Source: Pseudomonadota bacterium
Lineage (GTDB): Bacteria; Pseudomonadota; Gammaproteobacteria; Steroidobacterales; Steroidobacteraceae
Direction of reading: 5' to 3'
DNA length: 32,627 nucleotides
Assembly (NCBI GenBank): GCA_021838065.1
Contig: JAKCEJ010000001.1
Coordinates: 1 to 32,627, forward strand
Every line of letters starts with the position of its first letter. The first letter of the stretch is position 1. The translations under genes were made by a program, and so were the position numbers. The notes beneath the pieces were generated by a model. That model was given only the letters and a program-made list of their open reading frames with translations, had not been told where the DNA came from and made no database searches. Positions 1 to 9,431 of the stretch are shown here, piece after piece.

Positions 1-1195
1 GGCCGAACGCCAGCAGCGCCGCCGGCCGCGGCGGCCCGACGTCGCGCCGCAGCACGCGCAGCGCGGGCGCGCGGGTCAGCTGCAGCAGCGGCGGCAGCGC
101 AAAGCCGGCCAGTAGCGCCAGCGCCGTCAGCAGGCCGATGCCGGCGGGCGCCAGGCTCGGCGCGGGCAGCTCGCGCGCCGCCAGCAGGCCGCGCAGCGCG
201 TGCACCAGCCACAGCTGCGCCAGCTCGCCGAGCGCGCAGCCGAGCGCTGCCGTCACCAGCGCGACCGCCGCGAGCTGAATCAGTGTCAGCGCCAAAATGG
301 CGCGTCGCGTCGCGCCCAGGGTCTTCAGCAGCGCTATGGTATCGAGGTGGCGCGCCACATAGCGCCGCGCCGCCATCGCGACCGCCGCGGCGCACAGCAG
401 CACCGCGGCGAGGCTCGCCAGGTTGAGGAATCGATCCGACCGATCGACCGCGCTGTGGATCTGCCGGCTGGCATCCGCGACGGTGCGCAGCCGCTCGCCG
501 CTCGTGAGATGACCCTGCAGCCACGTGCGAAACGCGCGTACGCGCCCGGGAGGGCCGGCAAACAGCGCGCTGTAGCTGACGCGGCTGCCCGGCTGGACGA
601 GCTGCGTGCGCGGCACGTCCGCGGCGTTCATCAGCAGGCTCGGAACCAGCCCCGTGAAGGTGCTGCCCTGATCGGGCCGTGAAATCAGCACCCGCCCGAC
701 GGTGAATGTGGCGGAGCCAATGGACAGGTCCGAGCCCACGCGGGCCCCGAGCGCCGCCAGCAGCCTCGAATCGGGCCATACCACCCCGGGCGGTGGGATG
801 CCGGCGGCGGCGGCCCCGGCGGCGAACGGTGCGCCCGCGACGAGCACCCGGCCGCGCAGCGGATAGCCGTCCGTGACCGCATACAGATCGGTCAGCTGAC
901 TGCGCTCGCCATGAAATACAACGCTCAGCATGCCGACGGCGTGCGCGCTGCGCAGGCCTTCCCGCGCAGCCGCAGCGAAATCCGCCGCCGCAATGGGCTT
1001 GGGCGACTCCAGACGCAGGTCGGCAGCCAGCACCTGCGTCGCCTGCAGCGCCACTGCCGCACGGATGCGGCTCACGAGGAAGCCGACGCCGCTCAGCGCT
1101 CCAACGGCAACGGTCAGCGCGAGCAGCAGAACGCCGAGCTCGCCAGCGCGCCACTCGCGGCTGAGCATGCGCAGAGCGAAGCGGACCGTACGCAC
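1..1195 (-). CDS. ybbP: ABC transporter permease, FtsX/YbbP-like (N-terminal ~398 codons; runs off the window start)
   Basis: I translated the minus strand by hand from GTG 1195 (alternative ATG 1168). It stays open to position 1: VRTVRFALRMLSREWRAGELGVLLLALTVAVGAL...LLKTLGATRRAILALTLIQLAAVALV... This gives an N-terminal TM helix, a large loop, then an FtsX-type TM region. It is absent from the ORF track because there is no stop in the window. It starts 1 nt after the stop of the upstream ABC ATPase. The tesA/ybbA/ybbP arrangement matches E. coli. Confidence 0.75.
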   Translation of the reverse strand, partial: MRTVRFALRMLSREWRAGELGVLLLALTVAVGALSGVGFLVSRIRAAVALQATQVLAADLRLESPKPIAAADFAAAAREGLRSAHAVGMLSVVFHGERSQLTDLYAVTDGYPLRGRVLVAGAPFAAGAAAAGIPPPGVVWPDSRLLAALGARVGSDLSIGSATFTVGRVLISRPDQGSTFTGLVPSLLMNAADVPRTQLVQPGSRVSYSALFAGPPGRVRAFRTWLQGHLTSGERLRTVADASRQIHSAVDRSDRFLNLASLAAVLLCAAAVAMAARRYVARHLDTIALLKTLGATRRAILALTLIQLAAVALVTAALGCALGELAQLWLVHALRGLLAARELPAPSLAPAGIGLLTALALLAGFALPPLLQLTRAPALRVLRRDVGPPRPAALLAFG

Positions 1196-1196
1196 G

Positions 1197-1865
1197 TCAG
1201 AGGATCCGGCCGGCTTCCATGCGCACGATGCGACCGCAACGCTGCGCGAGCTCGCGGTCGTGGGTCACGAGAACCAGCGTCGTGCCGGCCTCGGCGTTGA
1301 GCTCGAACAGCCGCGCGATGATGTTCGCGCCGGTCACGCTGTCGAGATTTCCGGTCGGCTCATCGGCGAACAGGACGGCCGGCCGCCCGACGAACGCGCG
1401 CGCGAGGGCGACGCGCTGCTGTTCGCCGCCGGAGAGCTGCCGCGGATAGTGTTGGGCACGCTCCGCCAGGCCGACGTGCTCGAGCGCCGCGCTCGCCGCC
1501 GCGCGCGCGCCACTGTGGCGCGCCAGCTCCAGAGGCAGCGACACGTTCTCGAGCGCCGTCAGCGCGGGAATGAGGTGGAAGGCCTGGAACACGAACCCGA
1601 CATGCTGGGCGCGGACCCGCGCCCGCCCGTCCTCATCGAGCGCCGTCAGGTCGTGCCCGGCGAGCACGACCCGCCCGCTGGTCGGCAGGTCAAGGCCCGC
1701 CAGCAGCGCGAGCAGCGTCGACTTGCCTGCGCCCGAGGGGCCGGTCACCGCGAGCGTCTCGCCGCGGGCGATCTCGAGCGACGCCTCCTGCACTATAGTG
1801 AGGAGACCGGCCGGACTGTCGACCGTCTTGGTGAGGTGCTCGGCTTTGAGAACGCACTCCCGCAT
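1197..1865 (-). CDS. ybbA: ABC transporter ATP-binding protein (YbbA/LolD-like)
   Basis: This is part of ORF 1197..2207(-). The homologous part starts at MRECVLKAEHLTK (ATG 1865; alternative ATG 1889). Motifs: Walker A GPSGAGKST, signature LSGGEQQR, Walker B LFADEPT, H-loop VTHD. Confidence 0.85.
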   Translation of the reverse strand: MRECVLKAEHLTKTVDSPAGLLTIVQEASLEIARGETLAVTGPSGAGKSTLLALLAGLDLPTSGRVVLAGHDLTALDEDGRARVRAQHVGFVFQAFHLIPALTALENVSLPLELARHSGARAAASAALEHVGLAERAQHYPRQLSGGEQQRVALARAFVGRPAVLFADEPTGNLDSVTGANIIARLFELNAEAGTTLVLVTHDRELAQRCGRIVRMEAGRIL

Positions 1866-1887
1866 CGCGCCGTCTTGGCTCGCTGTC

Positions 1888-2496
1888 ATGTTGGGCATCG
1901 GGCTGCTGCTCGTCACGGTGCCATCCGCCTGGGCCTCGAACCGGACTATCCTCGTTTTCGGCGACAGCCTGAGCGCCTCGCATGGATTGCGCCCGGAGCA
2001 GGGATGGGTGGCGCTGCTGGCGAAGCGCCTGCTGAAGCAAGGGTACCGATACCGTATCGTCAACGCCAGCGTCAGCGGTGAGACCACCACCGGCGGGCTC
2101 GAGCGCCTGCCGCACGAGCTGCGCGCCTGCCGTCCGGGCATCGTCATCCTCGAGCTCGGCGCGAACGACGCGCTGCGCGGGCTGCCACTGACGCTCGCGG
2201 CGCGCAACCTCGCCGCGATGGTGCGCCTCGCGCGCGCCGCGGGCGCGCGGGTCCTGCTGATCGGCCTGCTCCTGCCTCCGAATTACGGTCCGCGTTATAC
2301 ACAGCAGTTCGCGGCGATGTATCCGCACCTCGCGCGGGAGTTTCGTCTGCCGCTCGTGCCCTTTCTGCTGGCGCACGTCGCGCTCGATTCGCACCTCATG
2401 CAGTCCGACGGCCTGCACCCCAATGCGCGCGGCGAGCCGCTGGTGCTCAACAACGTATGGCCGTATCTGCAGCCGCTGCTGGGCCGCGTGCCCTGA
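1888..2496 (+). CDS. tesA: SGNH/GDSL hydrolase, periplasmic thioesterase I / lysophospholipase L1 (TesA-like)
   Basis: This is an internal start of ORF 1570..2496(+), at ATG 1888: MLGIGLLLVTVPSAWA (signal peptide). It is followed by GDSLS (nucleophile), GANDAL and DGLHPN (Asp-x-x-His) blocks. It is divergent from ybbA, as in E. coli. Confidence 0.85.
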   Translation: MLGIGLLLVTVPSAWASNRTILVFGDSLSASHGLRPEQGWVALLAKRLLKQGYRYRIVNASVSGETTTGGLERLPHELRACRPGIVILELGANDALRGLPLTLAARNLAAMVRLARAAGARVLLIGLLLPPNYGPRYTQQFAAMYPHLAREFRLPLVPFLLAHVALDSHLMQSDGLHPNARGEPLVLNNVWPYLQPLLGRVP

Positions 2497-2563
2497 ACGG
2501 CGAGCTTGGTCGGCGGCTCAAGCCGCGCTATTGTTGCCGCCTTTGGCACCCGGAGATTGTTCC

Positions 2564-3565
2564 ATGCGCTCACCCGCTCTGATCGCTCCGCATCCCTCGC
2601 TCCCATACCGCTACGGTCGCGCTCCGGCACGAATGCTGCTGTGGACGGGCGCGTGCGCACTCGCCCTTGCGCTGTGCGCGTGCAGCTCCCGTGGGACGGG
2701 CGCGCCCATGGGCAGCGCCGCATCCTCGGCCCCCGCGCCGAGCGCCAGCGGCACCGCTGGCGCACAGAATGACGGTTCGGGCCCCACGCCGGCCGCAGTC
2801 CGGCAGGCGCTCGAGGCGGCCATCAACGGCCCGCAGCGCACCCCGGATTACAAGAAGCGGGACAAGTACCGCCATCCGCTCGCGACGCTGGAGTTCTTCG
2901 GCATCCGCCCGAACATGCGCGTCGTCGAAGTGCTGCCCGGAGGGGGGTGGTACACGGAGATTCTCGCGCCGTTCCTGCACGCGCACGGCCAGCTCATCGA
3001 GGCGACGTCCCCCGCGGCCGGCACGACGGGCTACTCGCACCGCTCGGCGCTGGCCTACGAGCACAAGCTTGCGGCGGATCCGGCCGTCTACGGCCGGGTG
3101 CGTCTCGAGCCGTTCGAGCTGCCGAACTATCTGCATCTCGGTGCGCCGGATTCCGCCGACATGGTGGTCACGTTCAATAACATGCACGATCTGATGTTCG
3201 AGAACGTGCACCACGAGGTCACGCCGATCTTCCTCGAGAAGTTCCTGCGCAGCGCCTACGACGTGCTCAAGCCGGGCGGCATTCTCGGCATCGCCGGCCA
3301 TCGCTGTGCGCCCGGAACGCCGCTGCCCACGTGCTTCCCGATGGCGCGCCTGCCCGAGGCCTTCGTGATCCACGAGGCCGAGGCGGCCGGCTTCGAGCTC
3401 GGCGCGACCTCCGAGGCCCTCGCCAACCCGAAGGATCCGCGCAACGTGCCGGTCTTTTTCCTGCCGCCGACGCTGGCCGACAAGACTGCGGCGGCCCGCC
3501 GCCACTACGCGGCCATCGGCTATGCCGACGACTATCTGCTGAGGTTCATCAAGCCGGCGGACTGA
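2564..3565 (+). CDS. Predicted lipoprotein with class I SAM-methyltransferase-like fold (COG4798-like)
   Basis: Start is ATG 2564, with GGAG 8-11 nt upstream, inside ORF 2423..3565. The N-terminus MRSPALIAP...ARMLLWTGACALALALCACSS has a hydrophobic core and a lipobox-like L-C-A-C, followed by a Ser/Ala/Gly/Pro linker. A glycine-rich loop VVEVLPGGGWYTEIL and LKPGGILGI resemble MTase motifs I and post-II. Confidence 0.65.
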   Translation: MRSPALIAPHPSLPYRYGRAPARMLLWTGACALALALCACSSRGTGAPMGSAASSAPAPSASGTAGAQNDGSGPTPAAVRQALEAAINGPQRTPDYKKRDKYRHPLATLEFFGIRPNMRVVEVLPGGGWYTEILAPFLHAHGQLIEATSPAAGTTGYSHRSALAYEHKLAADPAVYGRVRLEPFELPNYLHLGAPDSADMVVTFNNMHDLMFENVHHEVTPIFLEKFLRSAYDVLKPGGILGIAGHRCAPGTPLPTCFPMARLPEAFVIHEAEAAGFELGATSEALANPKDPRNVPVFFLPPTLADKTAAARRHYAAIGYADDYLLRFIKPAD

Positions 3566-3574
3566 CCTGCCGGC

Positions 3575-4813
3575 TCAGCGCTCGGTCGGCGCGTTGACGA
3601 ACGCCACGCTCTTCGCTTCCTTGCCGAGGAGCGTCGCGACCGTCAACGCCACGGCGACGATGCCGAGTGTCCAGGCGAGCACGGCCGCGAGGTCGTGCCC
3701 ATGACGGGCGGCGATGCCGGACTGCAGCGGCGCGAGCAGCGCCATCGCGAAGTTGCCGAGCTGGTAGGCGAAGGCCGGCAGGATCGCGCGCACGCCCGGC
3801 GGGGACAGCTCATTCAAGTGCGCCGGCACGATGCCCCAGGCCCCCTGCACCATGAACTGCATCAGGAACGCGCCGAGCGCGAGCAGCGGTAGGCCCGGGG
3901 CGTAGGCCCACAGCGGGATCACCGGCAGGGCGAGCAGCGCCGCGCACGCAATCGCCTTTCTGCGGCCGATCCGCTCGGAAAGCGCGCCGAAGGTCATGCC
4001 GCCGAGCAGCGCCCCGACGTTCATCAGCATCAGCAGATCATCGGCGCGCGCGCCCGTGAGTCCGCGCTGCGTGATGAGGAACGGCTTGTACAGGTCCTGC
4101 GAGCCGTGCGAGAAGGCGTTGAAGAACGCCATCAGCACGATCATGTACAGCAGCAGCGGCGCATTCGCGACCGCCGTGTGCCACAGCTCGCCCAGGGTTG
4201 CGCGCCGGGCGTGACGGCCCTCGAGCCACGCCGGCGACTCCGCGACGCCGAAGCGGATGTAGAGCACGAGCAGCGCCGGCAGCGCGCCGATGACGAACAG
4301 CCCGCGCCAGCCGACGGCGGCGAAGAACAGGCGCGAGACGGCCGCGGCGAGCAGGAAGCCGAGCACGTAGCCCTCCTGCAGCAATCCGGAGAAGAAGCCG
4401 CGCCCCTCGGCCGGCAGCGTCTCGAAGGCGAGCGCCGCGCCGACCCCCCACTCCCCGCCCATCGCAAGTCCGAACAGTGCCCGCAGCGCCAGCAGCACGG
4501 CGAGATTCGGCGCGAACGCGGTGGCGAACTCGATGAGCGCGTAGGAGAGCACGTTCACCATCAGGATCGGCCGGCGCCCGTACTTCTCGGCGAGCCAGCC
4601 GAACAGCAGCGCGCCCACCGGGCGCAGCGCGAGCGTGAGGGTGATGCCGAAGCTGACGGCGGTGAGGCTGGTGCCGAAGCTCGTGCTGATCGAGCGCAGC
4701 GACACGATGAAGATGAAGAAATCGAACGCATCGAGCGTCCAGCCCCCGAGCGCCGCGAAGTAGGCGTGACGCTGCGCACGGCTCAAGCGGGCGAAGTTGC
4801 GGATCGCTCTCAT
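3575..4813 (-). CDS. MFS transporter (anion:cation / sialate-type symporter-like)
   Basis: 412-aa ORF starting at ATG 4813. Multi-TM profile with the N-terminal motif LGGWTLDAFDFFIF and GWLAEKYGRRP (MFS loop 2-3 motif), resembling NanT-type MFS. Substrate unknown. Confidence 0.85.
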   Translation of the reverse strand: MRAIRNFARLSRAQRHAYFAALGGWTLDAFDFFIFIVSLRSISTSFGTSLTAVSFGITLTLALRPVGALLFGWLAEKYGRRPILMVNVLSYALIEFATAFAPNLAVLLALRALFGLAMGGEWGVGAALAFETLPAEGRGFFSGLLQEGYVLGFLLAAAVSRLFFAAVGWRGLFVIGALPALLVLYIRFGVAESPAWLEGRHARRATLGELWHTAVANAPLLLYMIVLMAFFNAFSHGSQDLYKPFLITQRGLTGARADDLLMLMNVGALLGGMTFGALSERIGRRKAIACAALLALPVIPLWAYAPGLPLLALGAFLMQFMVQGAWGIVPAHLNELSPPGVRAILPAFAYQLGNFAMALLAPLQSGIAARHGHDLAAVLAWTLGIVAVALTVATLLGKEAKSVAFVNAPTER

Positions 4814-4841
4814 AGCGTGCCCCCTCGCGATGCGCGGCCCG

Positions 4842-6344
4842 TCACTGCACGCCCGCCATCAGCCGCTTCACGCGCGGAGTGAGCAGCAGCATCAGCACCC
4901 CGCCGGCGGCGCTCCACCAGAACAGCGTCAGGTACAGCGCCGGCAGCGTCGCGAGGTGATGGGCGTTGTAATCGCCCGAGAGCAGCCCGGCGAGGAAGCT
5001 CCCGAGCGCGAGCGTGAGGAACCAAAGGCCCATGCTCTGCCCGGCGAAGCGCGCGGGCGCGAGCTTGGTGGTGGAGGAGAGGCCGACGGGCGAGAGGCAC
5101 AGCTCGCCGCAGGCGTTGAGGAAGTAGGTGGCCGTCAGCCACAGCGGCGAGACGATGTGCCCGTGCATCACCCGTAGCGCCCCGACGTACATGACGACCA
5201 TGCTCGCCGCCATCAGCAGCAGCCCCCAGGCAAACTTCGCCGGCGAGGACAGGTCGCGGCCCCGCCGGCCGAGCCACACCCACAGCGCCGCGAACACGGG
5301 CGCCAGCGTGATGATGAATATGGGGTCGACCGCTTGCATGTCGCCCGCCGGCATGCGCCAGCCGAACAGCTCGAGGTCGGTGTAGCGCTGCGCGAACAGC
5401 GTGAATGAGCCAAACATCTGCATGTAGGCCATCCAGAACACGGTGGACGCCGCGAACAGCGCCATCATGGCAAACACGCGGCCGCGCTCCTCGCGGGTGA
5501 GCCCGCCGGCGAGCGCCATGTAGAGCAGGTACGCCGCCATCAGGATGCCGACAGCCCAGGACACTGTCGTAGAGAGCGCCACGGCGTTGACCGTCACCAC
5601 TCCGCCGAGCATCAGGCCCGTGAGGGCGGCGATCGCGGCGATGAACCCGCAGAGCGCGAGCCAGGAACGCGGCCGGGTGCTCGCCGGGGCGGCGCCCGCC
5701 CGGCCGAGGTAGCGCCGTGTGGCGAGGAACTGCGCCACGCCGAAGAGCATGCCGACCGCCGGCAGCGCGAAGCCGCCGTGCCAGCCGAACTCGCGCGCCA
5801 CGATCGGCACGAACAGCGGCCCGAAGAGCGAGCCGATGTTGATGCCCATGTAGAAAATCGAGAAGCCCGCGTCGCGCCGCGAGCCGCCCTCGGACTCGGG
5901 ATAGAGCTGCCCGACCGTGGCGCTGACGTTGGGCTTGAGCAGCCCCACGCCGAGCACGTTGAAGATCAGCCCGAGAAAGAATGCCTGGTGGCTGCCCTCG
6001 GCGAGCAGCGCGTTGCCGGCGGTGATGAGGATGCCTCCCGAGAGCACCGCGAGCTGCCCGCCGATCAGCCGGTCGGCGATCCAGCCGCCGAGCAGCGACA
6101 GCAGATAGGTGCCGCCGAAGTACAGCCCGACGATGGCGTTGGCGCTGCGATCGTGGAAGCCGAGCCCGCCGCGGCCGCTCGCGGCGACCATGAACAGAAT
6201 CAGGATCGACTGGATGCCGTAGTAGGTGAACCGCTCCCACATCTCGGTGAAGAAGAGCGTCGTGAGGCCGCGCGGGTGGCCGAACAGGGTGCGTTCGGCC
6301 GCCGGGGCGGCGTTCGCTGGTGCGTCACTCGTGGTCGTGCTCAT
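4842..6344 (-). CDS. Proton-dependent oligopeptide transporter (POT/PTR2 family)
   Basis: 500-aa ORF starting at ATG 6344. It carries the POT signature FFTEMWERFTYYGIQSIL (ExxERFxYY) and has about 14 TM segments. It lies only 28 nt upstream of the MFS gene, so the two are probably co-transcribed. Confidence 0.9.
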   Translation of the reverse strand: MSTTTSDAPANAAPAAERTLFGHPRGLTTLFFTEMWERFTYYGIQSILILFMVAASGRGGLGFHDRSANAIVGLYFGGTYLLSLLGGWIADRLIGGQLAVLSGGILITAGNALLAEGSHQAFFLGLIFNVLGVGLLKPNVSATVGQLYPESEGGSRRDAGFSIFYMGINIGSLFGPLFVPIVAREFGWHGGFALPAVGMLFGVAQFLATRRYLGRAGAAPASTRPRSWLALCGFIAAIAALTGLMLGGVVTVNAVALSTTVSWAVGILMAAYLLYMALAGGLTREERGRVFAMMALFAASTVFWMAYMQMFGSFTLFAQRYTDLELFGWRMPAGDMQAVDPIFIITLAPVFAALWVWLGRRGRDLSSPAKFAWGLLLMAASMVVMYVGALRVMHGHIVSPLWLTATYFLNACGELCLSPVGLSSTTKLAPARFAGQSMGLWFLTLALGSFLAGLLSGDYNAHHLATLPALYLTLFWWSAAGGVLMLLLTPRVKRLMAGVQ

Positions 6345-6393
6345 GATCCCCTGCGTGTTGTTGTTGTGCTCGCCGATGAACGGTGGCCGGACC

Positions 6394-7164
6394 TCAGGAG
6401 GGCGCGTTCGGCTCCTCCTCGGCCGCCTCGCCCTTGGGGCGCACCAGGATGCGCGCCATGATCACGCCGGCTTCGTAGAGCAGGTACATCGGCAGCGCCA
6501 TGATCGACTGCGAGACGGCATCGGGCGGCGTGATGAACGCCGCGACGATGAACACCCCGAGCAGCACGTAGCCGCGGATGGAGCGCAGCTTCTCCACCGT
6601 CACTAGGTTCATCACCACCAGCAGCACCACCGCGACCGGCACCTCGAATGCCGCGCCGAAGGCGAAGAACATCACCAGCACGAAGTCCAGGTACTGCGAG
6701 ATGTCGGTCATCATCGCCACGCCCTTCGGCGTGGTCGCGGCGAAGAAATGGAATATCGCCGGAAACACCGCGAAGTAGGCGAATGTCATGCCGGTGTAGA
6801 ACAGCACGATCGAGGAGACGAGCAGCGGCAGCGCGAAGCGCTTCTCGTGCCGGTAAAGGCCCGGCGCGACGAACGCCCAGACCTGGTACAGCACGTAGGG
6901 CATGGCCGCGAATAGAGCGACGAAGAAGGCGAGCTTGAAGGGCGTGGTGAACGGCGCCGCCACGCCGGTGGCGATCAGCGCGGCGCCCTTCGGCAGCATC
7001 TTCAGCAGCGGCCGCGCCACCCAGGTGAACAGCTGATTGGCGTACAGCGCGCAGGGCACGAACAGGATACCGACGGCGACCAGTGCCCGGATGATCCGCT
7101 CGCGCAGCTCGAGCAGATGCGAGATCAGCGTGCCTTCGGCGAGATTTTCAGGCTCGGGGCTCAT
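6394..7164 (-). CDS. tatC: Twin-arginine translocase subunit TatC
   Basis: 256 aa: ...GTLISHLLELRERIIRALVAVGILF...FTTPFKLAFFVALFAAMPYVLYQVWAFVAPGLY..., a typical TatC. Its start overlaps the tatB 3' end by 17 nt. Confidence 0.95.
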   Translation of the reverse strand: MSPEPENLAEGTLISHLLELRERIIRALVAVGILFVPCALYANQLFTWVARPLLKMLPKGAALIATGVAAPFTTPFKLAFFVALFAAMPYVLYQVWAFVAPGLYRHEKRFALPLLVSSIVLFYTGMTFAYFAVFPAIFHFFAATTPKGVAMMTDISQYLDFVLVMFFAFGAAFEVPVAVVLLVVMNLVTVEKLRSIRGYVLLGVFIVAAFITPPDAVSQSIMALPMYLLYEAGVIMARILVRPKGEAAEEEPNAPS

Positions 7165-7540
7165 GCGTGCCCGGCGCGGGAGGGGGCGCGTCCGCCGGCG
7201 CGCTGGCCGCGGTTGGCGGCTCCGATTCGAGAGGAGGCGCCGTCAGTCCGGCTTGCGCGGGCTCGAAGGGCTCGCCCGCGCCCACCGGCCCGGGCTGCGC
7301 GTGCGTCTCGGTCGGCGCGCCCGCAGGCTCGGGGGATGCCGGATCGGGCGCAGCGGGGCGCCGCCGGCCCTCCAGATCGATTTCCTCCTCCAGCTGCTCC
7401 TGGAACTGGCGCGCCATGGCGCGCGCGCGCCCGACCCAGCGGCCGACACGGCGCACGACGGTGGGCAGCTTCTCCGGGCCGAGCACGATCAGGGCCAGGA
7501 CGAAGACCAGCAGGATTTCGGAAAAGCCGAAGTCGAACAT
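7148..7540 (-). CDS. tatB: Twin-arginine translocase subunit TatB
   Basis: 130 aa: MFDFGFSEILLVFVLALIVLGPEKLPTVVRRVGRWVGRARAMARQFQEQLEEE. This is the TatA/B/E fold with the TatB-type GPxxLP hinge and a Pro/Ala-rich tail. Confidence 0.85.
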   Translation of the reverse strand: MFDFGFSEILLVFVLALIVLGPEKLPTVVRRVGRWVGRARAMARQFQEQLEEEIDLEGRRRPAAPDPASPEPAGAPTETHAQPGPVGAGEPFEPAQAGLTAPPLESEPPTAASAPADAPPPAPGTHEPRA

Positions 7541-7632
7541 GGCGTCTCAGCGGACGCGCCGTGCGCGGACCCAAACCCTGCCGGTCGCGGTTAAGGGGAC
7601 CGCGCCGTCCGGGCCCGCCCTCGCCGCGGACC

Positions 7633-7887
7633 TCAGGTGTTGCGACCGCTCTTGGGGGCCTGCGCGCCGCTCTTCATCTCGGGGAATTCGGCATCGGTGC
7701 CATCGGAGCGGATCTGCCGGGTCTCGGCGGACGAGGTGGACTCTTCCTTGTCGCTCTCGTTCATCGCCTTTTTGAAACCCCGCACGGCATGGCCCAGATC
7801 ATCGCCGATCGTGCGCAGCTTCTTGCCGCCGAAGATCAGCAGCACCACGACCAGGATGACCAGCAGGGTCTTGAAATCGAAATCCAT
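7633..7887 (-). CDS. tatA: Twin-arginine translocase subunit TatA
   Basis: 84 aa: [42 protein letters not shown]. It has a TM helix, FG hinge, amphipathic helix and acidic tail, and is the first gene of tatABC. Confidence 0.85.
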   Translation of the reverse strand: MDFDFKTLLVILVVVLLIFGGKKLRTIGDDLGHAVRGFKKAMNESDKEESTSSAETRQIRSDGTDAEFPEMKSGAQAPKSGRNT

Positions 7888-8010
7888 AAGCTCTGGACTC
7901 CGCTTGCGCGAGTGAAGAAGTGGAATAACCGACGCTCATCATAGGCCAATTGGGCCCCCCGGGCCGAGAAAGTTTGCCCTCGGGCCATCCGCACAAACAC
8001 GGATGTCCGC

Positions 8011-8448
8011 TCAGCTCTCGAGCCAGAACGTCACCGGCCCGTCGTTGACGAGCTCGATCTGCATGTGTGCGCCGAACTCCCCGCAGACAACGGGCGAGTG
8101 GCGGGCCTGGGCCGCGCTGACCAGATAGGCGAAGAGCGCCCGCGCGTCCTCGGGCGGCGCGGCCGCGCTGAAGCCCGCCCGAGTGCCCTTGTGCGTGTCG
8201 GCGGCCAGCGTGAACTGGGGCGCCAGCAGCAGGCCGCCGCCGGTCTCGCGCAGCGAGAGGTTCATGCGGCCGGCCGCGTCCGCGAAGATGCGATAGGCGA
8301 GCAGCCGCTCGAGCAGCCGGTCGGCGGCGGCCCGGTCGTCCCCGCGCCGCACGCCGATCAGCGCCAGCGTGCCGGGGCCGATGGCCCCGAGCTGCCGGCC
8401 CTCGGTGCTGACCGCGGCGCGGGCCACCCGCTGGATCAATCCGATCAT
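8011..8448 (-). CDS. dtd: D-aminoacyl-tRNA deacylase
   Basis: Start is ATG 8448, inside ORF 8011..8499. Sequence MIGLIQRVARAAVSTEG...LIGV...GRMNLSL...LLLAPQFTLAADTHKGTRAGFS...ELVNDGPVTFWLES shows the canonical Dtd motifs (SQFTL-like, NDGPVT). Confidence 0.9.
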   Translation of the reverse strand: MIGLIQRVARAAVSTEGRQLGAIGPGTLALIGVRRGDDRAAADRLLERLLAYRIFADAAGRMNLSLRETGGGLLLAPQFTLAADTHKGTRAGFSAAAPPEDARALFAYLVSAAQARHSPVVCGEFGAHMQIELVNDGPVTFWLES

Positions 8449-8526
8449 CGGGCGCTCGCCCGGCTGGCGTTCGAGGTGGCCCGTCCGATAAGATCGCAAG
8501 CTGCTTTGCGCACCTGGCCGGAGATC

Positions 8527-9198
8527 ATGATGTCGGCACTTTGGCTGAGCTCATCTGTGCGTTCGGGCTGGCGATCGGCTCTGGTGATCGCCGCGGGGGT
8601 GTTTGCGTCGCTCGCCGCCCCGGCATCGGCCCAGCAGCCGCCCGCGGGCAACGCGCACCAGGGCCGAATCATCGGCTACACCTGCCTCGGCTGTCACGGG
8701 ATCCAAGGGTACCGCAACGCCTACCCCGACTATGCCGTGCCGCGGCTGCGGGGACAGTCGGTCACCTACCTCATCAACGCGCTGAACGAGTACCGCAACG
8801 GCCAGCGCGCCTTTCCCACCATGCATCTGCAGGCCCTCTCGCTGAGCGAGCAGCAGATTGCCGACGTGGCCACGTATCTCGGCGGCAAGCCCGTGACCGC
8901 CAAACCGGTCTCCGCCTCCGCGGTGCCCAAGGACGCCGCGGTGTGCACCTCCTGCCATGGCTCAAACGGAATCGGCGTCCTGCCGATGTATCCGACGCTG
9001 GCCGGCCAGCATGAGAGCTACATCATCCGGGTGCTTCACGAGTATCAGACCGGCTACCGCAAGAATCCCATCATGAGCGCCATGGCCGCCTCGCTCACGA
9101 ACGCGCAGATCCGCGCCGTGGCCACCTATTTCAGCCATCTCAAGCCCGGTCTGCACACCGTGCCGCGGCCGTATACGCGCTGGTCCTCGGGGCACTGA
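8527..9198 (+). CDS. Dihaem cytochrome c (cytochrome c4 family), periplasmic
   Basis: Start is ATG 8527, with GGAG at 8519-8522, inside ORF 8065..9198. It has a signal peptide ending ...LAAPASA and two CxxCH haem motifs (CLGCHG, CTSCHG), each followed by a distal Met region (FPTMH, NPIMS). Confidence 0.85.
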   Translation: MMSALWLSSSVRSGWRSALVIAAGVFASLAAPASAQQPPAGNAHQGRIIGYTCLGCHGIQGYRNAYPDYAVPRLRGQSVTYLINALNEYRNGQRAFPTMHLQALSLSEQQIADVATYLGGKPVTAKPVSASAVPKDAAVCTSCHGSNGIGVLPMYPTLAGQHESYIIRVLHEYQTGYRKNPIMSAMAASLTNAQIRAVATYFSHLKPGLHTVPRPYTRWSSGH

Positions 9199-9229
9199 CC
9201 GGCGGCCCGGCGCCGCCTCCGGACAACAC

Positions 9230-9261
9230 GGTCCGGGAAGGGCTCGCGCCCCTCCCGGACC
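9230..9261 (+). terminator. GC-rich stem-loop downstream of cytochrome c4 (putative terminator)
   Basis: Sequence ggtccgggaaggg-ctcgcg-ccctcccggacc gives a ~12-bp stem with one bulged A, 32 nt after the stop codon. There is no clear U-tract, so termination efficiency is uncertain. Confidence 0.4.
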
Positions 9262-9396
9262 GCCAGTCACCGGCCGGGGAACCGGTGTCGGCCGGGCGCT
9301 CACCGTGCCCTTGCTCATCCCCCGGCGCCGGGCGCGGGCCGCCAACGCCCTCATCCCGCCGGGGTGCGCCATCCCTGCTTCAAGCGGATCCAAGAT

Positions 9397-9431
9397 CCGG
9401 GCCGGGCGGCCCCTGCGGCCGCCCGGCCCGG
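9397..9431 (-). terminator. Perfect 15-bp GC stem-loop immediately downstream of the DegP-like gene
   Basis: Sequence ccgggccgggcggcc-cctgc-ggccgcccggcccgg has perfectly complementary arms and begins 3 nt after the stop at 9434-9436. The U-tract on the minus strand is weak (gatctt). Confidence 0.45.

Noticed and set aside
7541-7632. Stem-loop (cgcggt-taagggg-accgcg, 7586-7604) in the 92-nt tatA-tatB spacer, considered as a possible attenuator setting TatA:TatB stoichiometry
   Set aside because: The stem is only 6 bp and has no U-tract. In DNA this GC-rich such stems arise by chance, so it is too weak to call.
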